A stretch of DNA of 63,725 nt from Lama glama (taxonomy: Eukaryota). The translations under genes were made by a program, and so were the position numbers. Positions within the stretch are counted from its first letter, which is position 1. Each line of letters begins with the position of its first letter. Shown here piece by piece: positions 1 through 13,276 of this stretch. Under the pieces are notes generated by a model that saw nothing but the letters and a program-made list of their open reading frames with translations, searched no databases and was not told the origin of the DNA. The stretch is from positions 31,126,001 through 31,189,725 of the forward strand of contig CM052817.1 in assembly GCA_028534125.1 (NCBI GenBank), given 5' to 3'.

Positions 1-249
1 ATAGGATTGAGACGGTGGTACTCAGAGGAGCAGAAATACCAGAGGTTAGAACACAAGGCTCAAATCTGAAGGGGTGTGAGCAGAGAACTGGGCATGAGCA
101 GACTGAAGTCACACTCTAGGGTGAAAACCAGCTCTGTCCACATTTATGGATAATTTTATTTCCTTAAATCTCTACTATGATATGACTCTCTGAGTCACAC
201 ACCAATTCTCGGATTTTAAAAACTATAGTGAAACTCCTTGATTGCCTAT

Positions 250-975
250 GTAGCATCTCTTCTCTTTCTTCCTCCTTTTTTAAGGGAACCTGATTTTATT
301 CAGGCTCCTACACCATCCCCTGCTCTGGGGGGAAGATCCTGGTTAGTTTAAGGTGAAGATGGCTTTTTTCTGACTACAATTTTTTTTTTCTGAGCACAAT
401 TGTAAGTCCAGGAGAAAACAGGTGATCCAAGGTCAGGGTCATGGTCTACGGCTTCATGGGTTGTGCTTTACAAGACATCTCCTGCCCAAACCCTGCTGGT
501 CAGGCCATGTGTCCTGGCCTGGGACAGGGGTGGCCTGGCTAAAACGCCATCTTTTTCTAATTGGTTCTCCCTAAGGGCACTTCTTTTCGCTATTCAGTTG
601 TTTAGGTGGTGTCTTTTGGAATCCACACAAACACTGCTGACTACTAGCTGGTACCTGGCTCAAAGCTGGCCAGTCAGAGTGATGTTCCAGAGATGAGGGT
701 AAGGTTCTGACTCCTTCCTAGTGGATATGACCAGGGAAGCATGGTGTCTCAGGTGCTCTTGGCAGCCATCTTTGGACCTGGTGGGAGCCAGCCAGAGATC
801 AAGCCAACTCAAAGAATCACAGAAGAGGTGCTGAACTCCAGCATCCACCTCAAGAATCCATCCACACTTGACTTTTTATATGATGATATAAGGCATATGT
901 AATACATAGGATAATAAAAGATAAATTTCTTCACTGCTTAAGTCAGTTTGAGTTGAGTTGTTACTAGTAGGCAAT
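250..975 (+). mobile_element. Old MaLR LTR (MLT1J/K-like), boundaries approximate
   Basis: MLT1-type motifs ggcagccatcttt and gcttaagtcagtttgagttgagttgttact near the 3' end. Confidence 0.5.
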
Positions 976-1546
976 GTATCTTAGGATTTTTTTTTCCTGA
1001 TTCTAAAACTACTGGCCATTCATTTAGAAAATGTAGAAAACATAGAAAAGCATAAAAGCTTAATAATTCCACCACCCAGGGCTTATAATTGTAAGCTTTT
1101 TATTATGCCTGTCTGATCTTTTTCTGTATGTGGGTACATGTACTTTGAAAACTCAGCACAATAGTACACATAAATTCTTCATATTTTGTTTTATTCATCT
1201 AATGATACATAATGAACCCAGGAGAAATTATTCTTCTGATTTGATTTTTAATGTTTGCATTTTTTTTCACTTTATGGTTATATTTTTTGTCCCTTATTTT
1301 TGGATATTTTGGGGGGGTTCTAATTTTGTCCCTGTTATAAATAATGCTTGAATAATATCATTATGCATATATTTTACACATTTGTCTTCTTGGTTTATAT
1401 TTTTACAAGTGGAGTTTCCATCAAAAGATCTGAACATACAAAAAGCTTTTGATAGATAGTTCCAAATTTCAGGCTTATATTCAAAATGAGAGGTAATTCG
1501 TGTTTAAAATAAAATGTCATGTTGACAGTTTCACCTAGGCACTTAC

Positions 1547-1660
1547 AGCAATTTTTTTCATCCATGTTATCAGGGCAGTCTGGGAACCCATCACAGATGA
1601 CTGTGTGCTTCAAACATTGTTTATTGGATGGACATTCCCAAAGATCTCTCTCTTTACATC
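1547..1660 (-). CDS. CORIN: CORIN exon 14 (LDLR-A repeat 7), 114 bp, phase 1-1
   Basis: (G)CKERDLWECPSNKQCLKHTVICDGFPDCPDNMDEKNC. Acceptor tctccag, donor gtaagt. Confidence 0.96.
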
Positions 1661-3289
1661 CTGGAGACAGAAGGAAAGGTTATTTTCAATAGATGTGAAG
1701 GTGAAAATGACAGTGGCTTTGATCAAGCAATGTAAAAAATAAATAAATAAATAAAAAGGAATGTTTTCTTTTTTCTTAATGAGTTTTGATTCCTGTACAC
1801 CATGGAAAATGTAATTTTGAAAGTAGAAATGCTCAGTAATCTCCATACTGCATTATAAATAGTACAGCTCTCCTAGGAGAAGATCAAAAGTGACATATGG
1901 GAAACAGGAAAAAAATGAAAAAGTGACCATACAGTAACGTTCATCTTTAGCTGTTCCTTTTGCTTTCTGAGCCAATTTGCCAACACATAAGACTCATCTA
2001 TAAAATGATGAGCTATGCTTTTAAGCAAATATGCCAAAACCTAGTGATCTAAATGCATATTATCTTAAAATGTAATTTCAATCAACAAATGGTGAGGCCA
2101 TCTGTGTATTTAGCAAAAGAGGCTCCTCCTGTGCCAAATATCTACAAAACTAGTTGAAGAGGAAGGTAGAAAAGCCATTACTTTAGTGATGTAGTCAGAG
2201 ATCTAAGGTTAGAAATTTTATCAATTAATATGAAAAATGAACGTCATTTGCACAAGATTGAGACAACCCACTTGAACTATAATTTGCCTATGAAAGAGCA
2301 AGCACTTGCAAGGAACTTAATAAATGTAATTTGAGTCACATGCAGCACAGTTATACACTCACTAAAACATGCCAAGGGTCTGATGTGTTCTTGTCACTCT
2401 CACTGGATCCATGACCCTCACAAGGCTGTGAGGGGTGTGAAGAGACCACAACCTTCATCTTTGAGCATCCCTGCTCTCCCCACCCCTCCTGCCCCATCCC
2501 CACTCCGGAACAGCAGCGAGCCCTCAGCAGGCCCTCAGCACAAGTGAACTTTAAATGGAGCTTCATTTCATATAAGGAACAAAAAGTCTCTCAGCCCCAG
2601 GAAAGGGTAATTTCATTTAAGGCAAATGAAATGCCAAGCAGTGATCGAATAAGGAGGTTCTTTAAAGATGCTGTTTCTCATCTGACCTAGTACAAATAGC
2701 TCAGAGACATGTCATAGACGATTAACTCAAATTTCTTGCAGTCCCTTATAAGAAAAAAATCTGCTTAAAAAAATTCTCATTGAAAAGTTATCAAAATAAG
2801 TCACCCAAAGAGAAATTTTTACAATGAGCTAAAATTGAAATATTTCATCACTCAAAAATGTAGGACAGTAGTAGAGGATCTGACTGCAGAACTATAGGAA
2901 ATAAACTGTGAGTGCCCTCCACTAGCTGTCGGTCTGGAGTGGTCTTAGGCCCAGGGACGTCTCTGCTGGGAACTCATGGGGTTATTATTTGGAGTTTTCA
3001 GCTAACAGAGGGTACAGACATCATCTGGAATGTTCTGACAACGAAGATCTCATCACAAGCCATACCACTTGCTAGCAGACAATGAGAGAAAACAGCATGA
3101 ATCTTTGTGCCTATTCTCAAAGAACCATTCCTAGGAGTACAGACGAGAACTTGGACATATGGAATGAGCTGATAAAAGACCATAAAAGTCAGCCTTCTGG
3201 GACATAAGGCCTGCATCCCCATGGATGGTAATAAGAAGAGATAACATTTATTATCCACCATAAATCCACATTCTAGATATTAGTTTAAA

Positions 3290-3660
3290 TTCTTACAATA
3301 ACACTACAATGTCAGAATTACAATCACCATTTTATAAGTGAAGAAACTGAGATTTAGAGAAAGTAAATAAATTGCTCTAAATCCAGCCTTACAGAGAGAG
3401 ATCCAGTTGGGAGTTGGGAGCTAGGTGCAAGTCTTTGGTTGCAATCCTATGTAAAATGAGAATACACAGTATGCACAAGGGGTGAGAGTGGGGGAAACAC
3501 AGCTTTTGAGTCAGACATCTGGATTTGAACACTAGCGCCAATCTCATTGGCTGTGTGACCTTGGATAAGTTACTTAATTTCGCTGAACCTCAGTTTCCAC
3601 ATCTCTAAAATAGTAAAAAATAATGCCTGCTACCAAGGGTTGCTACAAAGATTAAATGTG
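3290..3660. mobile_element. Two MIR SINE fragments in opposite orientation (about 3290-3420 minus, about 3500-3660 plus)
   Basis: MIR cores attttataagtgaagaaactgagatttagaga and gctgtgtgaccttggataagttacttaatttcgctgaacctcagtttccacatct. Confidence 0.75.
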
Positions 3661-5284
3661 TACTCTCTAGATGGTAATTTCCCTTCTATATCTTCTCTTT
3701 TCTAATAAGTTTCTGTGGCCTATTGCCTCCTCTGTGGAGCTAAGATGGGCATAAACGAAGCATGACAAGGTCAGTGTTAGTCACATGGGAGTATTACGAT
3801 TTTGTGAAGCAATCACTCTCTCTTTAAAGTGACACTGTTGGTGTAATTATGCTTTAAATGTATGCTTTACAAGGGAAAGCATAGAACACTATTAAAAATT
3901 AAAACAGTTTTGGAGAGGATGAGATATTTAATGCAGTTGTAGGTTCTGAAACCAAATAACTATTGATGTCAGAATAACAGCCACAGAGAAAATGGCCACG
4001 CCCACTCCTCGAGGCCACGGTGTGGGGACAAAGTGATCACCTTGTCCCGGTTTGCTCAGAACTTTGCAGATTTGAGCACTAAACATCCTTCCTTTCAAGA
4101 AAGCCCCCTCAGTACCAGGCAAACTGGAACGGCTCGTCACCCCAAGGGCACTAAGCAGGGTGAAGACTGCGGGGTCTTCACTTCCTCTGTCTCTTGTTTT
4201 CACAAACACCCCGTGAAGCAGGCTTCCCTGCCAGAGGCAGATACCACCCTAACCGGGGCACCTTTTCTCTCTATCCAAAAAGTTGTCATTATAGGTGAAG
4301 ACAGCAAAACACCTTGAAGCAGATGCTTCTTGGAGTGTAAGAAGCTCTCAGTTATGCCAGTCTAGGGTAAGTAGGTTTGCTCATTAGGGCTGCAAATTTG
4401 AGCTACATAAAATTAAAAATATTATCAGGGAGGGGCTGGTCCCCAGAGGAAGGGAGCAAGACAAACCTGAATCCTGGAGCCGGCAGAGGCTGCAACAGTC
4501 TGGATCGAGCCATCTCCGGCCAGCACCTGCCCTGGTGGCCATGAATGTGACCTCAGAGTGGAACACAGGAGCTGTAGCAGGGAGGTTCAGGCCTGGTGGG
4601 TGTGAAGTCCCCTCCAGAGCATGTGATTCTGGGCCACGGAGCCCAAATCTCAAAGAACAGCCACAGCGCCTGCGGCAGCAGACCTAACAAAAGACCTGCC
4701 TCCGCACCTGACTCTGGGCCCACCTGCCAGGAGCAGCAACACCAGCACAAGTCATGGAGCTCCCATCTTAGACCAGAAAGCCTCAGCAGACCGCCCCCCC
4801 CCAATTCCTGAGTCACTGTCCCCTTTTAGGGGTGCCTCCCTCACATCATTCTCTTTAACCTGCGCTGGCCCTGTACTCTGTGGAGAGGCAGGATGAAGAC
4901 ATGGAGAAGGCTTTAAATCGCAGGGTGGGGCCACCCTCAGGGACTCTCGTCTTGAACATGACACCAGAACCAGCACTGCCTCCGGGACAAGGCGCCTCCC
5001 TGCTGCCCGCGTGGCTGTGTGGATCGCCGACTTCGCCCAGCTGTGCTGGGGATATGACATGCCAGTCCGCTCTCCACCGCCATAAATAAGACCTTGGTCT
5101 GTCAGAGACAATCCCAAGTTAGACAGGACTCCTCCCCTCAAGGGAAGTCCCTGGGGTGACCTTGGAGGGGGCTTGCTTCCTGGATTTCCTAGTACTATGG
5201 CTGGAGGGCTTTTGGTTATTGCCTTCCGAGGACTGAAGAAGGCATGTTATAAGCATTCCAAGATGTGGGGGATGAAGTAGGCTT

Positions 5285-5420
5285 CTCTCAGTTTTACAGG
5301 GGAGAAAACTGAGGCCCAGAGAAGTTAAGTGGCCAAAAGTCACATAGCCTCTAAGCGCTGAGTCGGGATATGAATCCAAGCCTAGGTTTACACAGAGCAC
5401 ACTCTGCCATTCCAGGCTGC
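5285..5420 (-). mobile_element. MIR SINE
   Basis: ttttacaggggagaaaactgaggcccagagaagttaagtggccaaaagtcacatagc, a MIR core. Confidence 0.75.
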
Positions 5421-6567
5421 CTGCCCAAGACGCCAAGTGAGAGAGCAAAGAGCTAACCAAGTGGCAAAATATTTAAAGGGCAGGGTTTCCCTGAGCAAGG
5501 AAGAATTAAATGTGATCAGAGATCAATCCTAAGATTCATCCCGAAAGCACACGTGTGGGTTTGTGACACAATGACCCTCACTCCGTCTCCCAGTCACAGA
5601 GCAGGAAGTCAGTCTCTTCCACAAGCAAAGAGACAAAGAGACATAAAGGCATGGAGACTGGCTATCTGGAGTGTTCAAAAGTTCCAGCTAAATCCTTTGT
5701 GCACAAATACTATTAAGGAATCCAAACAGATAGAAAAAAGTCTTTTGGAATGCTTTTCAAGTGTTCCAAATCAAGCTGTAAAACCCACAGATAGGAGAGC
5801 CAGAGGTTTTAAACACATCCTAAAGGGGCTTTGACTCCAAGAAAAGGTTCAAGTTACAATTAAAGATTTTATTACATTTGCACCCAAGAGGAGATCAAAG
5901 ATGGAGGATGAAATGGTTTGGGATCATTTGAAGATAAACAGAAAGGCCCTTTATGACACTCAGGCATTTGTACTGTGTCAGTCTTTCTCTGGATGCTGTA
6001 TGCCCTTTTCTACAGGCTGGTGATCGATTGGTACTGGTGATGCTGTAATTATACAATGAGGGATTTTATTCCTACAGGAGATACAAAGAAATTTGTTGAG
6101 TTATATTCTCATGTAACCACCCCACTGAGAGGACTTGCTGCTCACATCCCAGCCCAGGAATCATCTGGCTCCTGCTGGTCACTCACCCAATGGTGGACAC
6201 AGGTCTAGCCAAAGCTCACCTCGGCCTCCCAAACTCAAATCTACAGCATGAAGGCAAAGTTCAGAAATACAATCCCTCTGGTATTTTCTTTAGCTCTCAT
6301 TTCTTTATGTCCTTCTTGTTCATTTCTCTGTCCAGATCTTCACCTTTTTCTCCACTGCTAGATATTAATGCTTGGAAAAGGTTAGATTGAAAATAAACTC
6401 CTTTCATCAAGTTGCTGGATTTACAGCCAGCTCCAAGTATATGGCATATATTCAATTAATGACAAATTATCCACTTTCGAGACAAGGAAGTGCTTCTGTA
6501 CTGAAACCATGCTGACTCTGCAGGTCACTCCCACCGTTTCACTTTCTCTCCATGAAGCAACTCTGGA

Positions 6568-6633
6568 ATGATGTGTTCACATTCTCATAATTCTTCCAAA
6601 CATGATGTGTTCACATTCACATAATTCTTCCAA
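6568..6633. repeat. 34-bp period tandem duplication
   Basis: atgatgtgttcacattc(t/a)cataattcttccaa at 6568-6599 and 6602-6633, one mismatch. Confidence 0.9.
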
Positions 6634-8927
6634 CCACTTGCTGAAAATGTTTCTAATAATGACAATATTTTCAACTGTTGTTTACATTAACAATTACACA
6701 GTCAATGCAACTTCAGCAACAAAAATATACCCCAAGAACAGGAGACACTTCAATACGATGTTACTCACTGCTAAATGATTAATGCACAGATTTAAAACGT
6801 GTATTTATAAATGGTGTGCTTTGACTACCATGTTTTCCTGATGCAGAAGTGTCAAAGAAACACAGAGCAAATTTCCAACACATCAATTATTCTATTATTC
6901 TAACTAAATTATTCTAACTAATTATTCTAACTAAATTAAAGAAGTACAATTTTGAGGGTAACACCCAATAATGTTATAAAACTATTCTGGAGAAGTTGCA
7001 GATGGGTGAAAGAGAATAGTTAATTATCTCATTATTCAGTAAAGTCCAAGCATTTAAGTGCCTTCCACTCCACAATGGACAAAACAAATCAGGAAAACAT
7101 GAAGCTTGGATTGAAGGCCAGCTTTGCAGGAGCTGGTGTCTGCGTTACCAGACAGCATGCCTATGCATGCCCAGGGAAACCGAGACACACACTAAGCAAG
7201 TAGGGGAAATGGGAATTGGGTCATTTCCCAAAAGCCCTCCGTCGGGCCTTCCACGACATGACTTCCTTATTTGATTTCAAGTGCCGTGTTCTGCCAGAGC
7301 CTGGGACACGCCCATTTGAAACTGTGCACATGCCCCAAAGGTGATTATACACAAAATGTCTATAATCAGTCACTTTGGAAAAGTTAATGAGAGTTTTCTC
7401 ATAAATTAATACTGCTGGGGCAATTAATGCTTCAGATTTATTACTGACTTTTAACCTTCCTTAACCAGAGCTCTCAATGGCGTCATCCATATTCTGAGTG
7501 TTTGGTGGATATTAGACCATTTATTCTATTGGTCTGCTGTGCCTTTAATTGTGATAGCCGAGTCCCAACAGAAACTCATTACTTAATTAGAAACCTGACA
7601 TTTTCGGATCATTTGTACCCTACAGTGTTTTAAATTTCTTTTTTGCAAAATTAGAACTCAGACCACTTAATCTTCATATAGCTCTTTTTGAAACTAAGTT
7701 TTCACATTGCTCAAATAGGTCTAGCCACCTCAACAGAGTAACATGTAACCCCTCTGAACAATCTAAGATAATCTATTTTAAGTTGCATCTCAGAATACCA
7801 AAGCTATGATTTAGTGAAGAAATCCAATAGATTCTCAATAAATCATCCGTATAAGGGATAGTCAATGAGTTTTGATTTGTTTCTTTATGTGAAAACCACA
7901 AACAAGCAAACAGTGATAGCTTCTCAAAACACTGCATGTTCCTCCCTAATGAAATTACCCCGGTCAGTGCACCACCATTCTGACGGCTCTAATTTTCCAG
8001 AAGATACACTTGTCTGTATTTATAGTCACTGATAGGATTTCAGCTGATTGCTTGTGACATTCTGTCTAGACCAGAAGGGCAATGGCTACTGTAGAAAATT
8101 CATTTTGGGGAGCCAGGCAATATTTCATACCTCAAAAGGCCAAAAGAATAAAATGATTTCAAAAGATGCATTGCCTTATGTGCTTTCAATGGCAAAAAAT
8201 GTCCTTTTTTTTAAGCAGAACACACTAAATAATTGTAACCAAACTATTTTTTGGCTTGCTCTTCAGTCACTTTGCTTCACTCCATAACATCGTGCAGTAA
8301 AGAGCACTGTCTGTTTTCTATTTCCTGACATACTTTGAAGTTAGAAGTACAAAGGCTTGTAGAGAAACAAGATGGGAATTAGCTCCACTGAAATCACCAC
8401 TTCTTGCCTTCCCATTGGTGATCTGAAGCTCAAAGGCAGAAACGTCAGGGAGTTTTATCCTTTTCCGACAGAGACAAGATCAGAGAGGACATGAAAATAA
8501 ATTCCAACTGAATTTGAACTTTGGCGCCTGAACTCTGTCTTTGTGTATCCGGATGCCTATTTGATAACAAGGGAATTATACGCAAAGACATTATTACACT
8601 GACCTTCAAACAGATGACAACTGCTTTATAATCTCCTAGTGAAAATAACCCCTTAGACTTGTGAAGAGCTTCTTTCACTAAGGGTTTGCCTATGTCATCA
8701 AGGTTATAAACAGAAGATAATTTAGGGAAAAGCAATAGAATTAACAGGAAGAACACTTTTAAATGCATACCTTGCCACTTGATAATTTAAGAAGTAAATG
8801 CCTTAGCATTCAATCCTACTCACTACTTACAACTATCAGGGAATATCTGATATATTTTATCACAGCCCCTTGTCCTAAAACCAGTTATTATTGTACATTC
8901 CAGAAAAGTGCCATCTCACATACATAC

Positions 8928-9035
8928 CACAGTTTTCTTCATCGCTGTCATCATCACAGTCAGCCTGGCCATCACATCTTCTGGAAGCCAGCACACACCG
9001 TCCTGAGCCACACTTAAAGTGGCTAGGTGAGCATT
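8928..9035 (-). CDS. CORIN: CORIN exon 13 (LDLR-A repeat 6), 108 bp, phase 1-1
   Basis: (E)CSPSHFKCGSGRCVLASRRCDGQADCDDDSDEENC. Acceptor gtaacag, donor gtatgt. Confidence 0.96.
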
Positions 9036-9662
9036 CTGTTACAAACAGTGGGCCATATTACTGTCAACAGACAAAAACCCCAGACCAGCTAATTTATCCA
9101 TTTGCAAGTGGGATGACATGGAGACGTTATCACTGAAGACAAGGACGGTCCTCGCAAAACTGAAACAGCCAAAGTGAACTTGGCTTTCTTCTGTCTGCTT
9201 ATCAGCTACTTTGCCCTTCATCCTTGGAATCATCTCTCCAGATCTGCTGTTTTGTGTCTTTATGCTTGCCAGCAATTAACTCTTTTTCTGAATGGACAAC
9301 CTAACAATTGCTGGAGCCTGAAATGGCCCATAAAGTCAGTGCTTCTAACTACTCAGCTGCCTTTCCTTCAATGTGTGAAGTTGCTTCCTGTCCTAATCTT
9401 TCTACCTGGTGGGCAGGTCCTTGATTCCATTTCTCCACCTGATCATCCTACATTGCCAAAGTCACTGAATGCTTTGCACTTGAAGGAATCAAGGCTTGAT
9501 CTTCACCATTACCTTCAGAACACTTAATGTAACAGCAGCATCCGTATCTAATGGGCTCTGTGAGTTAATTGTGTTTAAAAGAAATACCTGAAATAGTAAA
9601 GTCATCTCTACAGTTTACTTTTTACTTATTTATTTTTTTGGTAACAGCTTTATTTCCCTGAC

Positions 9663-9849
9663 GGGGTGCACCATTCCTGTGAGTGCTGCACCACCAGGTC
9701 GCTGCGTGGAGTGGACGGGGCAAGCTCCTATTCCAACTCCCTGCTCCAGAAATCCATGTAACATGTTGTCCTCGGATAGAGACATATCACATATGAAACT
9801 GTAAGAGCAGATACTACACATGATCTTAGCCAAAAGGCCAAGAAGTGAC
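9663..9849 (-). pseudogene. Full-length U2 snRNA retropseudogene in CORIN intron 12
   Basis: Minus strand reads gtcacttcttggccttttggctaagatcatgtgtagtatctg...ggaataggagcttgccccgtccactccacgcagcgacctgg...ggtgcaccc, collinear with U2 from end to end with many substitutions. Sm site altered (ATTTCTG). A-rich tail at about 9616-9640. Degraded TSD ctacagtttacttt (9608-9621) / ctgcaatttagttt (9849-9862). Confidence 0.93.
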
Positions 9850-10067
9850 TGCAATTTAGTTTCAAAATGAAGGCAATGTCTAACAGATCTAACATGTCTA
9901 ACATCAGCTTCTTCAATGTAATGAAGTTTATAGATTCACCACCTAGGCAGCCTTTCTATTGGTAACTAAATAAAAACAACAACAGAGAAACTTCTAAAGG
10001 CAGCCGATATATTCATCCATGTTAGATATCCGCCACCCCACCCCCGCAATTAACTTAGAAAATTAAC

Positions 10068-10213
10068 CTTCCACATCTTCGTCAGGCATTAGGCAGGTTT
10101 GATTGTCCGAATTTTCCTCTGGAAATTGATTGCAATCTGTGTCTTCTGGCCACTGGAGGCCCACGATCCCAAGAACAGACTCACAGCGTTCTTTGGAATG
10201 CTCACACAGAGCT
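10068..10213 (-). CDS. CORIN: CORIN exon 12 (frizzled CRD 2, C-terminal part), 146 bp, phase 2-1
   Basis: (R)ALCEHSKERCESVLGIVGLQWPEDTDCNQFPEENSDNQTCLMPDEDVE. Acceptor cttttag, donor gttaat. Confidence 0.96.
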
Positions 10214-12609
10214 CTAAAAGAGCAAGAAAGACAAAACATTACAAGTAGAAATAGCTACACCTGAGACATATGTTAGGCATCCACGTAGGGTTGTAATTCT
10301 GTGTGGGTCGGTGTGTATACGTGATGTGTGCATGCTGGGTGTGTGTACCAATATGTACATGGATGCATATGTACATCATAGACACTTAGGAAACCAAAAT
10401 GAGTTACATCACTACAAAGGGGATACATCCCAGAAACATCCTTCCGCCAACAGAGGCTCCATTGGCAGAAACGGAAATAGAGCTGCTCCCAGGACACAGG
10501 TTCCCCTCTCCAGTTTGCCTTTCTTGTTTTCTTTTCTGTCCTTCAGGCAGACACGTTCTCCAGTGTTTTTATTTCAATCACTTTGGACAGTCTGCCAACA
10601 AGAGTCACGAATTCTACACAACACCCTCAACCTCAGCTTCCTGGGGCCCCATCATGTGAGCCATTGCATGTGCCAACCTGGCTTAACTAAGACATTACTT
10701 CAGCTTACAACCAGTATTGTTGAAAAACTTGGTACTTCTTCCAAACCCATCCATGTTGAGCTCAAGTTGGTAAAAATAGAGTCTGTGGGGTTTTGTTAAA
10801 GAAAAAACACGCTAAGCATTGTATCAGGTGCTTTCAGGTGTGTTATCTCGTTGGTACCCAGAATATTTTAAAATTGAGGGTATTAGCATGTCTCAAAGAA
10901 GATGCCTTTACTTCCTATGGGGAAAAAAAACCCATAATTTGACCTCAAAAGTTAACCAACAAAGTAGTTAAAAATTTTAAGTAGATGCAATCAAAGTAAG
11001 TTTCTAGCTAAATTTCTTATTTCCTTTTAAATACATTCTCATTTCTTCAAAGTTCCAAACTTTAAACTATTAAGTTAATTTTAACAAGGTAAGGAATGGT
11101 TAGCAATCGAATGGAGATGTTTCAGAGAAAGCCCCATCTAGATTTAAGTCTGTCTAGAGTTAAGTTAAGACAGAGCATAACCTGACACTGATTTAGCCTA
11201 GGAATTTGGGGCAAAGACGAAGCCATGGTGTTCCCCTATTAGGTTTGCAAAAATAGGAAGTTTGATAGTGTTTAATAACTCTGTTGGACTGAATCATTTT
11301 GTTGCAGATTTATTTTATAAATATGTATAACTCAATTGCTGATATTTTAAGTTAATCAAAAGATACCTAATTTAAATGGAAGACCATATAGTGCTGACTC
11401 TACCACTTTTTTTTTCCTTATAAAACGAAAATACAATATCCAGCATTACAAAGCCATGGGACACTTATTCTTATCATAACCTGTGTGGTGCTCAGCCACA
11501 GGGACCGCAGTCCTAACAGCAGGGGCCTCTCTCCAAAGGTTATTTTGAGGATGAGAACCACCCTGAAGTATTTAGCACATTGTAAGGGCTCAATCGTGTT
11601 AGAGTTTTCCAACTCATAACATAAAAATTGAACTTTAAGATCCACAAACAAGCACGACAAGAGCAACTACGTATTAGTCCAGGAACATATTGGTCTATTA
11701 TTCTTGCCATAATAAAAAATTTTTCCTTATAAACAAATATCAAAATGTAAAGTTCATCTTGATAGTCACTGAAAATAAAAGATGTATGTGTCAGCCTAAG
11801 AAGCAAACACATCCAGAAAACGTTCACCAAAACGTTGACTGAGTAACATGTCAGGACCAGTCTCACCGTAGGCATTTGAATATGGCACTTAAGTCCTAAA
11901 ATTATCAGTCATATGTGGATGTAAATTTGTTCCAGAGAACTCTGCATTAGGGAAGTTTTTCTATACATTTGAAAAGAAAGTCAAATACAAGACTGTGTTA
12001 AGTACTACTAGAAGTAATTATTCACTATAATCCACCTTGCTCAGCAAAAGTGGAATAAGATTTATAAATAACTTGTTAACATAAAATCGGTAGATGCTTT
12101 ATTAGTGATACTTTAAGAAGCATTTAACAGCAATTTTCAGAATTATGTTCGCACTAGCCAACATGTTTGACTCTCTCCATTTGTATAATTTGTCCCATTC
12201 CCCAAGTCATTTTGAAATTTTATTGTTTCCTGTCCCAACTCTATAGATGCCCCTGCCTCGTCGACCATTTGCTATTTGGTGTATAATTTATTATTTTCCC
12301 GTCCGTTCACTCTAGTGATATTATTGCTCTTACTTAAAGCTTGGAGTGACTTCTGATCCCAACACATGGTTTCCATAGTTTCCACTCACATTTAGGCAGG
12401 AACATCTGATTTTTCACCCCATGATGGAAAGCAGCCCTGAGGAGAAGGGCCCCCACCCTGCACACGTGCACGTCCCCTGACTACAACCCCTCCCTGCGGC
12501 ACAGAAGAGGGACCACACCGCCACAGGCAGTTAGCTGTGCTCCTGTCCTATCCCTGGAGCTCCATTCAGTCTAGGCTTATAGTCAGTCAGAAGCACTCAA
12601 CATTGATGT

Positions 12610-12785
12610 ACATTCATTGAATCTCACAACCACCCAACTCAACAGCCATCACTATCCTGATCTTACAGGTAAGGGAACTGAGGCTGGAAGAACCGAGGAA
12701 GCTGTCTCAGGCTACAAGCAGCTGCAGGAGAGCCAGGGCTTGAATCAGGAGGTGGGCTCCAGAGTAATACTCTTAACCTGCAGGA
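12610..12785 (-). mobile_element. MIR SINE
   Basis: aatctcacaaccaccc...ttacaggtaagggaactgaggctgga...gagccagggcttgaatc. Confidence 0.7.
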
Positions 12786-13276
12786 CATCCCTCATATCCT
12801 AAGTCCAAGCCACACTCTTGACATGCTGTCCTGTATTTCAACCAAGCAGGCAGAAAAACAGCAATGTCCATCCCCTGCCCAACCTGTGAGGCTCCTTCAG
12901 ACCACTCTCTGTGCAACGTCTCCTGATTTTTGATGCCATCAGAAGGCAGCATTTGAAACACATCCCCATTGTTGGAGAAAGAGACACACCATCTTCTTCT
13001 GACTCACATTTTAAAAAACACTTCTTGATCCACCAAAATGAAACATGTGATTTTACTTGACTAAAGGCCATGAACCAATACGAAAGGCAGTTTGTAATTC
13101 TCACTCAGATATTCATGGTAGAATTCCTACTTCTTTGTCTTTTAAATACATGATTTGTTAAACACAGAGCTCGTTAGCAAAATATGTATTTTGTCAAAAC
13201 TCAGACTAAGTCTTCATTCCGTTGGTTCTCCCTGAAGGAAAATGAGGATGCTTGAGGGGAGACCCCAGTGTACTAC

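Noticed and set aside
6568..6633. CRISPR-like repeat
   Set aside because: Only two adjacent copies, no spacers, and a mammalian intronic context.
8928..9035. Coat-colour loss-of-function change in LDLR6
   Set aside because: The His in SPSHFKC and all six cysteines are intact; no stop or frameshift in any exon in the window.
9663..9849. Functional U2 gene
   Set aside because: Many substitutions including the Sm site, an A-rich tail and TSD-like flanks, and no evident upstream PSE.
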